A stretch of 64,000 nt of DNA, taken from NCBI GenBank assembly GCA_965198175.1, contig OZ240245.1, positions 1,856,001-1,920,000 of the forward strand, in the 5' to 3' direction. The notes beneath the pieces were generated by a model that did not search any database, was not told the DNA's origin, and saw only the letters and a program-made list of their open reading frames with translations. Source of the stretch: Candidatus Poribacteria bacterium (GTDB lineage Bacteria; Poribacteria; WGA-4E; PCPOR2b). The translations under genes were made by a program, and so were the position numbers. Below are positions 11,401-20,955 of this stretch, in pieces. Within the stretch, counting starts at the first letter, position 1. Each line of letters starts with the position of its first letter.

Positions 11401-11656
11401 GTTTGATATTCGCATCGTAGGTTGGAAGTGCTTCCTCGATTTTGGAATTTGGTTCTGCGCGGAACATAAGGAATTCACAGATTGGTGAGCGTCCGTCTGG
11501 ATTGAATCCTTCGTCCACATTATTTTTTACATCGTTGAGGAGGGAGCGCGTTGTCTCGTACCTAAACCACTTGTTGAGCCATCTGTGTAGTGTGAGGTGG
11601 CTGTCAAGTTGGCTTTTTGAGTTGTTTCCAGGCATATGCGGTTCATCCTTAGACAA
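8468..11656 (-). CDS. res: Type III restriction endonuclease Res subunit (DEAD/H helicase plus PD-(D/E)XK nuclease)
   Basis: FWMATGAGKT (Walker A), FVDEGHK, EYSATF, EGWD, QLFGRGVR, FYPDFILW...FIEPHG; directly downstream of mod. Confidence 0.92.
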   Translation of the reverse strand: MSKDEPHMPGNNSKSQLDSHLTLHRWLNKWFRYETTRSLLNDVKNNVDEGFNPDGRSPICEFLMFRAEPNSKIEEALPTYDANIKRHLATINYKRTQPIVLRYFQYLALFYTEIFLDWKFNRQAEFLHRLNDFVQACNDTKAPGDAMGNPFTGADLQKLAFWMATGAGKTLIMHINYHQYLHYCKAAIDNIVLITPSEGLSEQHLRELANSDIRSNHFNVEGNRLSRFHNAVQVIEITKLVDEKTGGGVSVPVEAFEGHNLIFVDEGHKGSGRKVWRKYREDLAETGFTFEYSATFGQALAAANNADLVEEYGKAIVFDYSYRYFYSDGYGKDFRILNVRHDEETQTETLLLGNLLSFYQQRRYYKRNTEAVRAYGLDSPLWAFVGGSVNVVYDNKKRSDVLNVIRFLHRFLRNEGNWVIHTINRILNGDSGLSDENNTDVFYSRLKYLKELGESPVEIYSGILNEIFHTTTSGALHLHNVRNAPGEIGLKATNGHSYFGIIYIGDTPAFKKLVENDNAGIDTKQEDVLTASLFSNINGPTSPINILIGAKKFIEGWDCWRVTAMGLLNVGKNEGSQIIQLFGRGVRLRGKNLSLKRSAALEGEHPRNLSLLETLNIFAIRANFMVEFREYLNREEIPYEGQMEIELPITTSPRILNSDQDICYPKAPSYRESALGQCVQLQAHRASKIMHSTQIIDIIQSYQPVGIQETQAGPNRQHVPIPAKSLKLINWEWIYLQLLEYKQEQGFHNLIFDTNVVQQILDPDKGLYQLFVTEKSVFEPRSLADLERLELLVLTILRKYVAKFFRLTQQQANTNNMTLETLEKHDPNLNFGKWKISFRKEDSQLIQQLRDYTEEIKRITESGIAYDPMVKPALAVYIENHLYQPLLVVNKAVDSWNTAPPALQESEKHFVEDLRRYVCQQREKLLVKKKVFLLRNQSRGRGVGFYQNEGFYPDFILWVLDGQKQRIVFIEPHGMVHVAINKYNDKISLYKRLRLLSEKQRIQEKTVNMDSYIISTTDLPTLIQKHPDKNKQDFEALHILFRNPADPAYLAPIFEETSSESG

Positions 11657-11712
11657 GATTGGTTACCATGTCTGTAACAAAGATTAAACAATTTACACAA
11701 TTGAAGTTGATT

Positions 11713-14700
11713 TTATTGTGAAAACATCAAACGTTTAAAGAGTGGATCTAAAGGTTTTGCCTCTGGGACGATACTGTCTGTATTGACGTAGACATCGGAT
11801 GCGCCTTGGGTTAATCCCTCCTCCTGGATGAAGTTGTAATCTCGTTCCCAATTTGCTTTGTTCCAACCTTTGGTCTCGCGCCAAATAATGACGACGTTTT
11901 TCAGCCCGACTGTGCCGTGATAGATGAGGTAACGTCTCTCATCGTCGTACAGACAACGCCGAGTTTGGACCGAGATGCCGAGGAGATAGTTGAAGGTTTC
12001 AGGTAAATCTACAGTCTGCGTTCGCGTCTGCAAATTGTTTGTGATATTAAGTTGATAGCTGAATGGGTTTTGGAGCTCGGCAACGCTCAAAAACGTTGAA
12101 CTTTCGCGAGTTTCGCTCCCTAACCAGTAGCTAAGCAGATGTTTATCGAAAAGCGAATTTTCACGTTCGGTAAATTGGATATTGTTGAGTGCGTCTTCAT
12201 AGGATTCGATTCGCTGGCATTTGATCGTGTGGGAAAGGCGGCTTTCACGGGTAACGGGTTTGGCATCCTTCCATTTTTCGGCGTAGACTGCTTTCATAAT
12301 GCGTGGTTTGAGGACAGTATCGAAATGATGCCCCATTTCAATGAGGATATATTTGCGCTTGCCGTTATCTTGACGGTTAAGGTTGATGGTGGCATGGGCG
12401 GTGGTGCCAGATCCTCCAAAGTAGTCCAACACAATATTGTCGGTATTGAGTGATGAGACACGGAGACAGTCTTCAAGTAGGAAGATGGATTTGGGAAATG
12501 GAAATGCAAGTGCGTCGCCTAGCATATTTTTTAAAAAACCGGTCCCATGTGCTGTTGCTGAGTATTTTGTCTTATCTGTGTTGCCCATCTCCCGGTTATC
12601 TCCTTCATTTTCCATATCTTCATCGTCATTGAATGAGTATTCCATTTTGCCCCACCACGTTGTCGGTAAGGTTCCTTCCTCGTTCAGAAAACGTTTAAAT
12701 CGAATTGAGATCTTGCCATTCCGGTCTGTTTTTGCAGAGATCTCAGATAATTCCAGCTTTTCTTTAAGCGTTTTAACTTCATAACTCCATGTCATCTCTC
12801 CGCTTTTTTCGTCAATTGGCAAAACCGGTGTTTCACCATGTTGCGGTGCTTCTTCGAGACACCACTCCTGGGAGGTGGTATTCCAGTTCATTTTGGGAAT
12901 TCGGATGCGGTTATCCTTGACAAAAACCGGATAAAATAAGCGTGGTCTCGCTACTCGCCGTGCATTAGGCCCACCAGATTTCCTAAAAGGTCTCCATTGG
13001 AAACGACGACCCTTTTCATCAACATTTCTGTAGTTTTCAAGTTGTTTTGCTGTCCATTCAAGACGACTGACCTGTGAAGCCTCCGTTACCCCAAAGAACA
13101 TCGCGTATTCATGAGCAGGGGCAAAACCTTTTGGTCTTTTACGGCCTCCCGGATTGGAACAGACTGCGACAATTCCGAGTTCGTTCTCTTTGCCAAAAAA
13201 ATGCTGGAGGAGGTGTCGGAGATTAGAAGCCTCTACATCATCAATTGCGGCACAGAGGATCCCGTTGTCAGTCAACAGTTCGCGGGAAACTGTGATTCGA
13301 TCTTCCATTAGCGTCAGCCACGAGGAATCTTTATAGTTGTTTTTATACAGGATGGCGGAGGCATCTGTGTTATAAGGCGGGTCAATGTAAGTCACTTTTA
13401 TGGATTCTCGGTATTTCTCTGTTAGTAGGTTTAATGCTTGGAAGTTTTCCCCGTGAATTGACAGCCCGTCTGTTTCATTGTCCAAATTTTCAAATTGAGC
13501 TAAAAGACAATCTTTGAAAGCCGTATTAAAGTGACGAGTGTCAAGAACGAGATTGGGATTCTCTTTGAGGAAGGCAACGGAAAGCGGCTCGCCATAGGCG
13601 GTGTCAACGAGATTGCCAACTAATTCGTGTATACCAAAAAGATGCTTCCACTCCTCGCGCTGGGCAGTATTCTGTGTAATTTCAGGGTAGAATTCTTCTG
13701 GCACTCGATCTAGTGTGATGCAGTAGTCTGTGGAAAGGACGAATTTCTTTTTGAGCCAGAGGCGTTTCTGGAATTCTTCGATCTGGGAGAGAAAGCCGAT
13801 AATTTGGGAGGCTATATCGTAAACAGCTTTCGCCGTTTCAAGCCACCCTAGATTTTTATCCGTTAATATGAAATCGGATAGCGAGATGACTTCGTTTTTG
13901 ATATAGACATCTAGCTCGCGGTTGAGGAACTGGTTGAGGTCCTTGTGGATGAAGAAGTCTGCGGTACTGCGCCGGGTGTAGATTTTTAAGTACGGTTATT
14001 TGGTCTATGCGCCGCTCTAACGCAGCATAGGCTATGTAATCGCTCCTAACGCACTTTAGGATTTCCAATCCTGCGGTCTCATTGATTTTGTCCTGCTGTT
14101 TTTGTCTTCCGTAGAGAGACTTTTCTTCCTCGGTGAGGGGACGGTATTCAAAGGGAATCGATATCTCAGCGAGTTCGGGCGAATAAATTATCTCAGCAGA
14201 TAAGGGGATGAAGAAGCGTTTTGCGCCTTGGACGTTGTCTTTTTCAATATCTACATTACGAAGGTCGAAGGTGACGGTGATGCCCCGGGACTTAAAGCGA
14301 TAGGCGGAGAAATTTTCGCTACTCTTGACATAATATTGGTCTCGGTTTGCCCAGTGGAGGTATACCTCTTCGCCGTTGTATGGGATAGCGTAGCGTTCGG
14401 TTTGGGAGTAGCGTCGGCGTGGGATGAAGTCACCGTCTTCGTAGTAGCGCGAGAAGAAAGTGTAGAGGTGGTTGAAGATCGCATCTGCGCGCTGGTATCG
14501 GGATTGTGGCGCGCCGAGTTGTTCTCGGGTTTCAAGGTATTGCCGGACAAGGGGTGCTTCGCTGTACATCTCGTTGACGAGATTTCCGTCAGCATCTAAA
14601 ACATTGTCACCGAGGGTTTGGCTAATCTGTTGTGCGAGGTCCCCCATTTCTTGGCGTGCGGACTCCGCTGTGCTGTTTGCCTCAAGGACATCATTGACGA

Positions 14701-14845
14701 TGGCAGGGAGTTTTAGGTCAATGAAGTTTTGGATTTGGTCGCGTCGATAGTTAATGATGCGATAAATGCCGAAGTCGAGGTCTGCGTTATCTGCACGGAA
14801 GAGTTGTTGGAGAAGTTCTTGTAGTTTTTGTTGGGAGGTCCGCAT
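11713..14845 (-). pseudogene. mod: Type III R-M DNA methyltransferase (Mod) interrupted by a +1 frameshift at about 13980-13995
   Basis: 5' ORF (14845..13856) has the Mod N-terminus (DLDFGIYRI, FFSRYY, YLHWANRDQYY). The +1 frame from 13983 reads IYTRRSTADFFIHKDLNQFLNRELDVYIKNEV...TDYCITLDRVPEEF, continuous with ORF 13704..11713 (YIDPPYN, FPFPK, LDYFGGSGTT). Joined length 1043 aa. Confidence 0.9.
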
Positions 14846-14895
14846 GTTGTATGTAATGGCGTTGTCTGAAGAATGGGATTTTAGATTGTGTTTTG

Positions 14896-14924
14896 ATTAT
14901 AGCAGAGTTACGCAGCTGAGTAAA
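14896..14924 (-). promoter_or_regulatory. Sigma70-type promoter for mod-res
   Basis: Minus strand TTTACT-17 nt-TATAAT with TGn extended -10, about 50 bp upstream of the mod ATG. Confidence 0.6.
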
Positions 14925-15088
14925 CGGAAATTTTGGCATGAATCCATCTCACCAGAGAGGTCAAACGTGAACTGTGCGTGCAGATTGATAGCCTCCACCC
15001 GCAGCCCGACGCTGGTAGATCTAGGTAAGTTTTCTTCTATTGAACGCGCAATAATGCTTTCTTCCCGGTGTCCCGGTATACCTTGGCG

Positions 15089-15180
15089 CTAATCTTGAAC
15101 GTTGATGTTGACAGTGATTGTGTCGAGCGGGGTGGTTGTCATCGGTGACCGAAACCATGACCGTATGGGAGGAAACGGGT
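15089..15180 (-). pseudogene. Frameshifted remnant of a cadherin-like domain
   Basis: Minus strand reads PVSSHTVMVSVTDD, then in the adjacent frame TTPLDTITVNINVQD*, resembling the C-terminal strands of cadherin repeats. Confidence 0.4.
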
Positions 15181-15235
15181 TTCACACCAGCTATCCAAAT
15201 AACAGCATCGGTGAAAAACCCAACCTACGATTCTG

Positions 15236-16378
15236 CTAATGGACGCGACCGCGGGCGACGATGTCCCATCGATCGACGATCTGTCCATCTTTTAGCACCG
15301 TGTAGGTGTCTAATAGGTTTGCAACGACACATGCGTGGTTTGGTACTAATCGAAGTTTAGCGCCTATTTCCAGGTCGAAGTTCTTGCGTACTACGAACCC
15401 ATGCTCTTCGGAAAGTTTTTCGACAATCATCTCATAATCTTTATCCTCGAACCGATTAATGGGATACGCGAGTCCGAATCCCTCCATCCCCGACATTCCG
15501 TGTGCGCCTTTATCAGAACTCAAGGTTTTCGATCCGGCGTCGATAATAAAGTAGTCCGAGTTTTGACTCACCACCGTTGCCAGCACTGAGAGTGCAATCT
15601 GGTTTAACTCAATGAGCTTGAGACGCAGCGGCATTCTATCCATAAAGACGTAGTTGCCCGGTCGAATTTCCGTGATGCCGTCGTAACTATCGCTCGCAAG
15701 GGTGCCGGGTGTGGATCCGACGGACATTTCCGAGACTTCGATGCCGACGCTCTCAAGGTTTTTCTGTATGCGCATCAGGATTTCGCACTCTTCTTGGGCG
15801 ATTTTTCGCGCTGCATCCGCGTCTTCTGCCCCATAAGTATGTCCAGCGTGTGACAAAAGCCCTAAAAAATTCAGAGCGGGTTCTTGGACGATTTTTTGCA
15901 CCAACTCGACCAAGCTCGGATCGTCCTCCGCTAGTCCACAACGGTGCAGCCCCACATCTATCTTCAGGAAGATACTGATTTGTTTTTGGTGTTTCTCCGC
16001 AGTTTTGGCGATTGCAACTACCCCTGCAGAGCTATCCACGATGAGTCGCAGATCGACATCATGTGCGAGTGCGGCGGCTATCAGACGGTCTAGCTTTGAA
16101 GCAACAACCAGGGGATACGCCACAGTGACGGAGCGGATCCCGTTTTTGATAAAAACGAGTGCCTCGTCTACCTTAGAAGCGGTAATTCCGACCGCGCCCG
16201 CCATTATCTGTTGCCGGGCGATTTCAAGGCACTTGTGGGTTTTGATGTGTGGGCGGACATTGACGCTGTGCGTATTGGCGATGTTCTGAATCAATTGGAT
16301 GTTTGCTTGCAGCCGCCCTTGATCCAACAAGATGTGAGGGGTTTCGATTTCTAAGAGCGATGTGTCTATCTGTCCCAT
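15236..16378 (-). CDS. PLP-dependent fold type III enzyme, DSD1 / D-threonine aldolase / D-serine dehydratase family
   Basis: RPHIKTHK (PLP lysine), KIDVGLHRCG, LSHAGH, GSTPG, EIRPGNY, DAGSK, LSEEHG, PNHAC. Confidence 0.9.
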   Translation of the reverse strand: MGQIDTSLLEIETPHILLDQGRLQANIQLIQNIANTHSVNVRPHIKTHKCLEIARQQIMAGAVGITASKVDEALVFIKNGIRSVTVAYPLVVASKLDRLIAAALAHDVDLRLIVDSSAGVVAIAKTAEKHQKQISIFLKIDVGLHRCGLAEDDPSLVELVQKIVQEPALNFLGLLSHAGHTYGAEDADAARKIAQEECEILMRIQKNLESVGIEVSEMSVGSTPGTLASDSYDGITEIRPGNYVFMDRMPLRLKLIELNQIALSVLATVVSQNSDYFIIDAGSKTLSSDKGAHGMSGMEGFGLAYPINRFEDKDYEMIVEKLSEEHGFVVRKNFDLEIGAKLRLVPNHACVVANLLDTYTVLKDGQIVDRWDIVARGRVH

Positions 16379-16457
16379 ATATTTACCTCCAGGCCAAGTA
16401 CGTCCGGGGTAACCCCGCCCAACGCTTGAAAATCGTCACAGGCGTCGGATTGATTGA

Positions 16458-16485
16458 GTTGGGTTTCCCTATGGTTCAACCCAAC
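16458..16485. repeat. REP-like hairpin (GTTGGGTT...AACCCAAC)
   Basis: GTTGGGTTTCCCTATGGTTCAACCCAAC; same family as 6816. Confidence 0.55.
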
Positions 16486-16566
16486 GTATATTATTGGTAA
16501 GACAAGTCATGGCGAGAGCCCTGTATTAGGGCAGTCGGACAGGAGGGTTGAAAAGTTTTTACTTAG

Positions 16567-17781
16567 CTACTCATGCCGCAGCGCTTCAATTGGAGACAGT
16601 TTCGCCGCTTTCCATGCCGGATAGGCGCCGAAAAAAATACCGACCCATCCCGCAACGAAAAACGCTAAGCCGGTGTAAATCGGAGAAATTATGGTTCGCC
16701 ACTCCCACAAGGAAGGCACCATCCTGGCGCAAAACACTCCTACACCAATTCCGACCAAGCCGCCGATTACAGATAGCGCTGTTGACTCAATCAAAAACTG
16801 AACCAGGATATCGTGGCGCTTAGCGCCCACAGCCTTCCGCAAACCAATCTCTCTTGTACGCTCGGTTACGGAAACGAGCATGATATTCATTATGCCAATG
16901 CCGCCAACGATTAGCGACACAATTGCAATGCCGAGGATCATGTAGGTGAAGGTTTGTCCGGATTCCTCCAACGTCTCCAAGAACATGGCTTGGTTGCGAA
17001 CATGAAAGTCGAGCGATTTATTGGCGGGAAGCTTGTGCTGTTTCCGCAGCAGGTCTTCGATTTCAGCTTGTGCCGGTTCCATGACTTCACTACTGGCGGC
17101 TTGCACACTGATGGTCGACAGATACTCAGTTCCGAAGACGCGTTTCATAGCCGTGCTGACAGGAATGATAATCTGGTCATCGGGATTGCGGAACCCAGAT
17201 GCGCCTTTTTCCTTAAGCACACCGAGCACATAGAAGTTGTGCCCTTTGATCTTTATGGTTTTCCCAATCGGATTACCGTTTTCGCCAAACAGCTCATCAA
17301 CTACTGATTTTCCGAGCACACAGACCCGCTGCCGTCGGCGAACATCGTTATCGGTGAAGAACGACCCGCTCTCAACGGGGAAATTTTCGGTGTGCTGAAA
17401 CGCGGGCGTTGTACCAACTACGCTTGTGTTTGTGTTTCGGTTCAGGTATTTCGCTTGGGTGCGCTGGTTCACCTGGGGAGCAACATGCAGGGCATTTTTC
17501 ATGCGGCGTTCTAGCACGTCAACATCTTTATATTTCAACGTTCGCCGGCTTTCGCCGAAGCTGCGTCCCCTAAATCGAGTCTGTCCGGGTCGGATGCTGA
17601 GAATATTTGCGCCCAACGTTTTTATGCGTTCAGTGATGTCGGCTTTCGCACCCTCGCCAATTGCGGTGGTCGTCATGATTGCTGCCACGCCGATGACGAC
17701 TCCGAGCATTGTCAGTGCAGATCTGAGTTTGTTGGCAAATAAACTGCGGACAGCGTTCGCTAGACCTTCAAGAAATCCCAT
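16567..17781 (-). CDS. MacB/FtsX-family ABC transporter permease
   Basis: NKLRSALTMLGVVIGVAAI, GGIGIMNIMLVSVTERTREIGLRKAVGA, PIEALRHE. Confidence 0.93.
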   Translation of the reverse strand: MGFLEGLANAVRSLFANKLRSALTMLGVVIGVAAIMTTTAIGEGAKADITERIKTLGANILSIRPGQTRFRGRSFGESRRTLKYKDVDVLERRMKNALHVAPQVNQRTQAKYLNRNTNTSVVGTTPAFQHTENFPVESGSFFTDNDVRRRQRVCVLGKSVVDELFGENGNPIGKTIKIKGHNFYVLGVLKEKGASGFRNPDDQIIIPVSTAMKRVFGTEYLSTISVQAASSEVMEPAQAEIEDLLRKQHKLPANKSLDFHVRNQAMFLETLEESGQTFTYMILGIAIVSLIVGGIGIMNIMLVSVTERTREIGLRKAVGAKRHDILVQFLIESTALSVIGGLVGIGVGVFCARMVPSLWEWRTIISPIYTGLAFFVAGWVGIFFGAYPAWKAAKLSPIEALRHE

Positions 17782-17965
17782 ATTGTACTCACTCTATAGA
17801 AGTTGTGTCGTGTGTGAAACTCTCCGCCTGTTGGTATCATACTATTGTTTGAGCCGCGTGGTGGAAATTAGTGCTACAGACTGCAACATCAGGCTGATCA
17901 ATCAAGAATTCAGTATGGTGTGACTCATTGCATCATCACTATACTGCGGTCGAACATGGGCGAAC

Positions 17966-19969
17966 TCATCGCCCTCGTCCTCTTCCGCCACCCATTCGGC
18001 GCATAGTGGAAGCGGGATTCTGCATCATCCTTCGAAATCGCTCCATATCCGCGTCATTACCGGTAGGACGTCCGCCTCCAATGGCAACTCGCTGCCCCTC
18101 TTCAGCACCAGAGAGGATTTCAGTTGTGTCAAAGCTGGCGACACCGGTGACGATGGGTTGCGGGCGTCCCGGTTGCCCATCTTCGTTGATGGGACGAATC
18201 ATCATTCGGTCGCCGAATGAGAGAATAGCCTCATTGGGCAAAAGCAACACCGCTCGTCTGCTTGCGGCAGAAATCTGAACGGTCGCGTTCATGCCGGGCT
18301 TCAGGAACGGCGCCTCGACCTGTTCATCGGTGCGGCTCGGGGACGCCTCTTCCGAGCTACCGCCGGCCATAAAGCTGTCCATCATCGACATCCACGGATC
18401 GGATTCATCGGGACGTTCCGTGCTCTTGTTTTCCGGTGGGGAACGCTCGGCGGTTACAGTTTCAGGCTGCTGACCGCGCATCTGTCGAAATTGTTCGCGC
18501 TGCTCTGGTGTGAACCGATCCGGATTAAAGCTGCCTGCACCACGTCGGAAACCACTCCGGCGCTGAGTCCTGGTGTTTTTTATTTCGGTAATGACGTTAA
18601 AGGTTGTCACATTTTGTACCACCTGACCTTGCGGCGCAATCCGAAGTATTTCTCCTTCAAACGGTTGATCGGGATAGGCTTCCACAGTAATGGTCACGGG
18701 CTGTCCAACCTTAACCTTTCCGATGTCAGTCTCATCCACTTCGGTCACCACGTAAACCTTTGATAGGTCTGCCATAGTTACAATTACCTGACCTTCGGAT
18801 GTGCCGAGTGACGATCGGCTGCCGCCTGCGAAGCTAGAGAATATGATCTGACCCTCCTCAACCTTCTTTTCGAGGATGGTTCCGGAAATTGGAGCTCTAA
18901 TTTCCGTATCTCGCATCTGTTCCCGAGCTAGTTGTAACTGCCCTTCGCTACGCTTTACCTGCGCTTGGGCGTTCTCAAGCTCTTTCTCCTTAACGTTAAT
19001 CTGAGCCTTGTTTGCAAGTGCAAGCTTCAAGGAATCCTTCGCCTGTTCGACGCGATTGATTTGGATTTCGATGTCCATGTCGCGATATGTCTGTTTTTCA
19101 ATCTGTTCCAGTGCTGCATCTAGGAAAAATTTCGATTTGTCAATTTCTGCCTGAGCTAACTGTAGCTCCGCTTCGCTAGCCGGTTGTTTGACCATCTTCG
19201 CTTGCTCAACAGAGGACTGATGTTGCGCCTCTGCGGATTGCCATTGCGTTTCAGCAGCATCGAGTTCCGATTGCGAGATAAGTTTTTTTTCAAAGAGCCC
19301 CTTTTTCCTTTCATACTCTTTCTTTGCAAGATCTCGACTCGCCTGTGCCTGGTTGACAGCCGCGTTTGCACGGTTTATCTCTTCAGCGCGAACAGTCTCC
19401 GAGGTCAGTAGTTTGAACCGCAGAGACGCTATTTTGAGATTGTTTTCAGCATCAGCGACCTGCCGTTTATTGGTCCTCTCTTTTTCGATGCGAATCTGCT
19501 CGCTGAGTTGCTCAAGCTGTTTTTTGGTTTCAGCGAGTTTTTCTTGGGCTTGTTTAATCTGAATTTTCGACTGATCCTTTTGCAATTGAATATTGATTTC
19601 GGCTTGCTTGAGTCTTGCCTGTGAGGCGCGAAGGTCGGCTTCTGCTTGTTCAAGGTCAACAGCCACATAGGTGGTTTCAATACGTGCAATCACGTCGTCT
19701 TTTTCGACGGAGTCTCCTTCCTCTACGGTCAGAGAGAGGATTCTGCCACTTGCTTTGGAACTAACCTCGACAATATTTAGTGGTTCGATCGTACCCGTTG
19801 CATCAATCACGACGTCAATATCACCGCGTTCGACAGTGGCAACTCTTAAGTTCGCCGGACTGGTCGACTCATCTCTGGTTGACGATAACAGCCTGTCATA
19901 CAGCAAGAAACCGCCAACTCCGATAACGCTGACCGCAATGATGCAAATGATAATCCATTTTTTTCCCAT
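17966..19969 (-). CDS. Efflux periplasmic adaptor (MacA/HlyD-type membrane fusion protein) with a very long coiled coil
   Basis: N-terminal TM; VEVSSKASGRI, IRAPISGTI, VDETDIGKVKVGQ, LKPGMNA. Confidence 0.9.
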   Translation of the reverse strand: MGKKWIIICIIAVSVIGVGGFLLYDRLLSSTRDESTSPANLRVATVERGDIDVVIDATGTIEPLNIVEVSSKASGRILSLTVEEGDSVEKDDVIARIETTYVAVDLEQAEADLRASQARLKQAEINIQLQKDQSKIQIKQAQEKLAETKKQLEQLSEQIRIEKERTNKRQVADAENNLKIASLRFKLLTSETVRAEEINRANAAVNQAQASRDLAKKEYERKKGLFEKKLISQSELDAAETQWQSAEAQHQSSVEQAKMVKQPASEAELQLAQAEIDKSKFFLDAALEQIEKQTYRDMDIEIQINRVEQAKDSLKLALANKAQINVKEKELENAQAQVKRSEGQLQLAREQMRDTEIRAPISGTILEKKVEEGQIIFSSFAGGSRSSLGTSEGQVIVTMADLSKVYVVTEVDETDIGKVKVGQPVTITVEAYPDQPFEGEILRIAPQGQVVQNVTTFNVITEIKNTRTQRRSGFRRGAGSFNPDRFTPEQREQFRQMRGQQPETVTAERSPPENKSTERPDESDPWMSMMDSFMAGGSSEEASPSRTDEQVEAPFLKPGMNATVQISAASRRAVLLLPNEAILSFGDRMMIRPINEDGQPGRPQPIVTGVASFDTTEILSGAEEGQRVAIGGGRPTGNDADMERFRRMMQNPASTMRRMGGGRGRGR

Positions 19970-20255
19970 CGGTTCGTCTCCTTACAGGACAAGGTGGCTG
20001 AAGCGTGGCTAGAACTGGAATGTTTCTAGTGCAATAAGATGTGACTTTGGGAACGAGGTTTATGAAAGCGAGACACGTGCAGAAGATCGGTAAGAGACAT
20101 TGTCACAGGTAACCCCCATTTCTTTTGTAGTGTGGTGCCAGTATATTACGGTTTTATAGCCTAGTCCAACGGGTCGGCATAACCCTTCGGGACTAGCTGA
20201 GTATTCACCTGGATGCGTCTTGAAGCCTTGAGGGAGCAATGGCCTGTTTTATAAC

Positions 20256-20756
20256 TTAGCGAGCACGCCCGCCGCCTCGCCGATTCTGCATCCGCTGCAT
20301 TCGTTGTTGCTCCAACTCATTGAGCTTTGCCAATTGTTCTTCAGTCAGAACCTTCTCCAGCTTCGACTTAAACGACTCGCGGACTTCCATCATCGCTTCT
20401 CGCATTGAGCTATAGTCTCCGCTGTCACGCGCCTCTTTCATCGCTTTTTCTAGGGCGTCGCGAGATTTCTGATACACTGGTCGGGCTTTGATGAGCGTTT
20501 CATTATCGACTTTGATGACGAACGTCAAGTCAACCCACGAACTATCAATCAGAGAACTTGGGGAAAACCCGCGCCCACCACCTCCAGGACCGCGCATTCC
20601 GCCGCCCGGTCTGTCTCGCATTTCGCTCCGGTCGGGCCGTTGGGCTTGGGTAATTTGATTTGTCATGAAAACGATAACTGCTGTGACTGCAAGTGCGGTG
20701 GGAAGTAAAAACCACTCAGAATATCGGGATTTTGCAGTGCTCAATCTGTTTATCAT
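20256..20756 (-). CDS. Exported Spy/CpxP-like helical protein
   Basis: Signal peptide, Gly/Arg-rich segment, KVLTEEQ (LTxxQ) motif; AAGGAG RBS. Confidence 0.55.
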   Translation of the reverse strand: MINRLSTAKSRYSEWFLLPTALAVTAVIVFMTNQITQAQRPDRSEMRDRPGGGMRGPGGGGRGFSPSSLIDSSWVDLTFVIKVDNETLIKARPVYQKSRDALEKAMKEARDSGDYSSMREAMMEVRESFKSKLEKVLTEEQLAKLNELEQQRMQRMQNRRGGGRAR

Positions 20757-20955
20757 GGTAAATTCTCCTTTTATGTTCAGGTTATAGGAATTCTTCTAAT
20801 GTGAATCCACGTCCATCCTTTAGACAAACAAGTTTGGATAAAGTTCGTCTTTATTGCGATCTGCCAACCTTGGAAGAACTAAATCCGCGATTGGAATGCC
20901 TCGCGCGCTAATGCTCCAATCCGCTGACGATCAGTCGAATTGACAATGTGTGGAA

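Noticed and set aside
13856..13980. C-terminal tail of the 329-aa ORF and a separate start at 13704
   Set aside because: Out-of-frame run-on after the frameshift; the Mod-like sequence lies in the +1 frame, so these are not two independent genes
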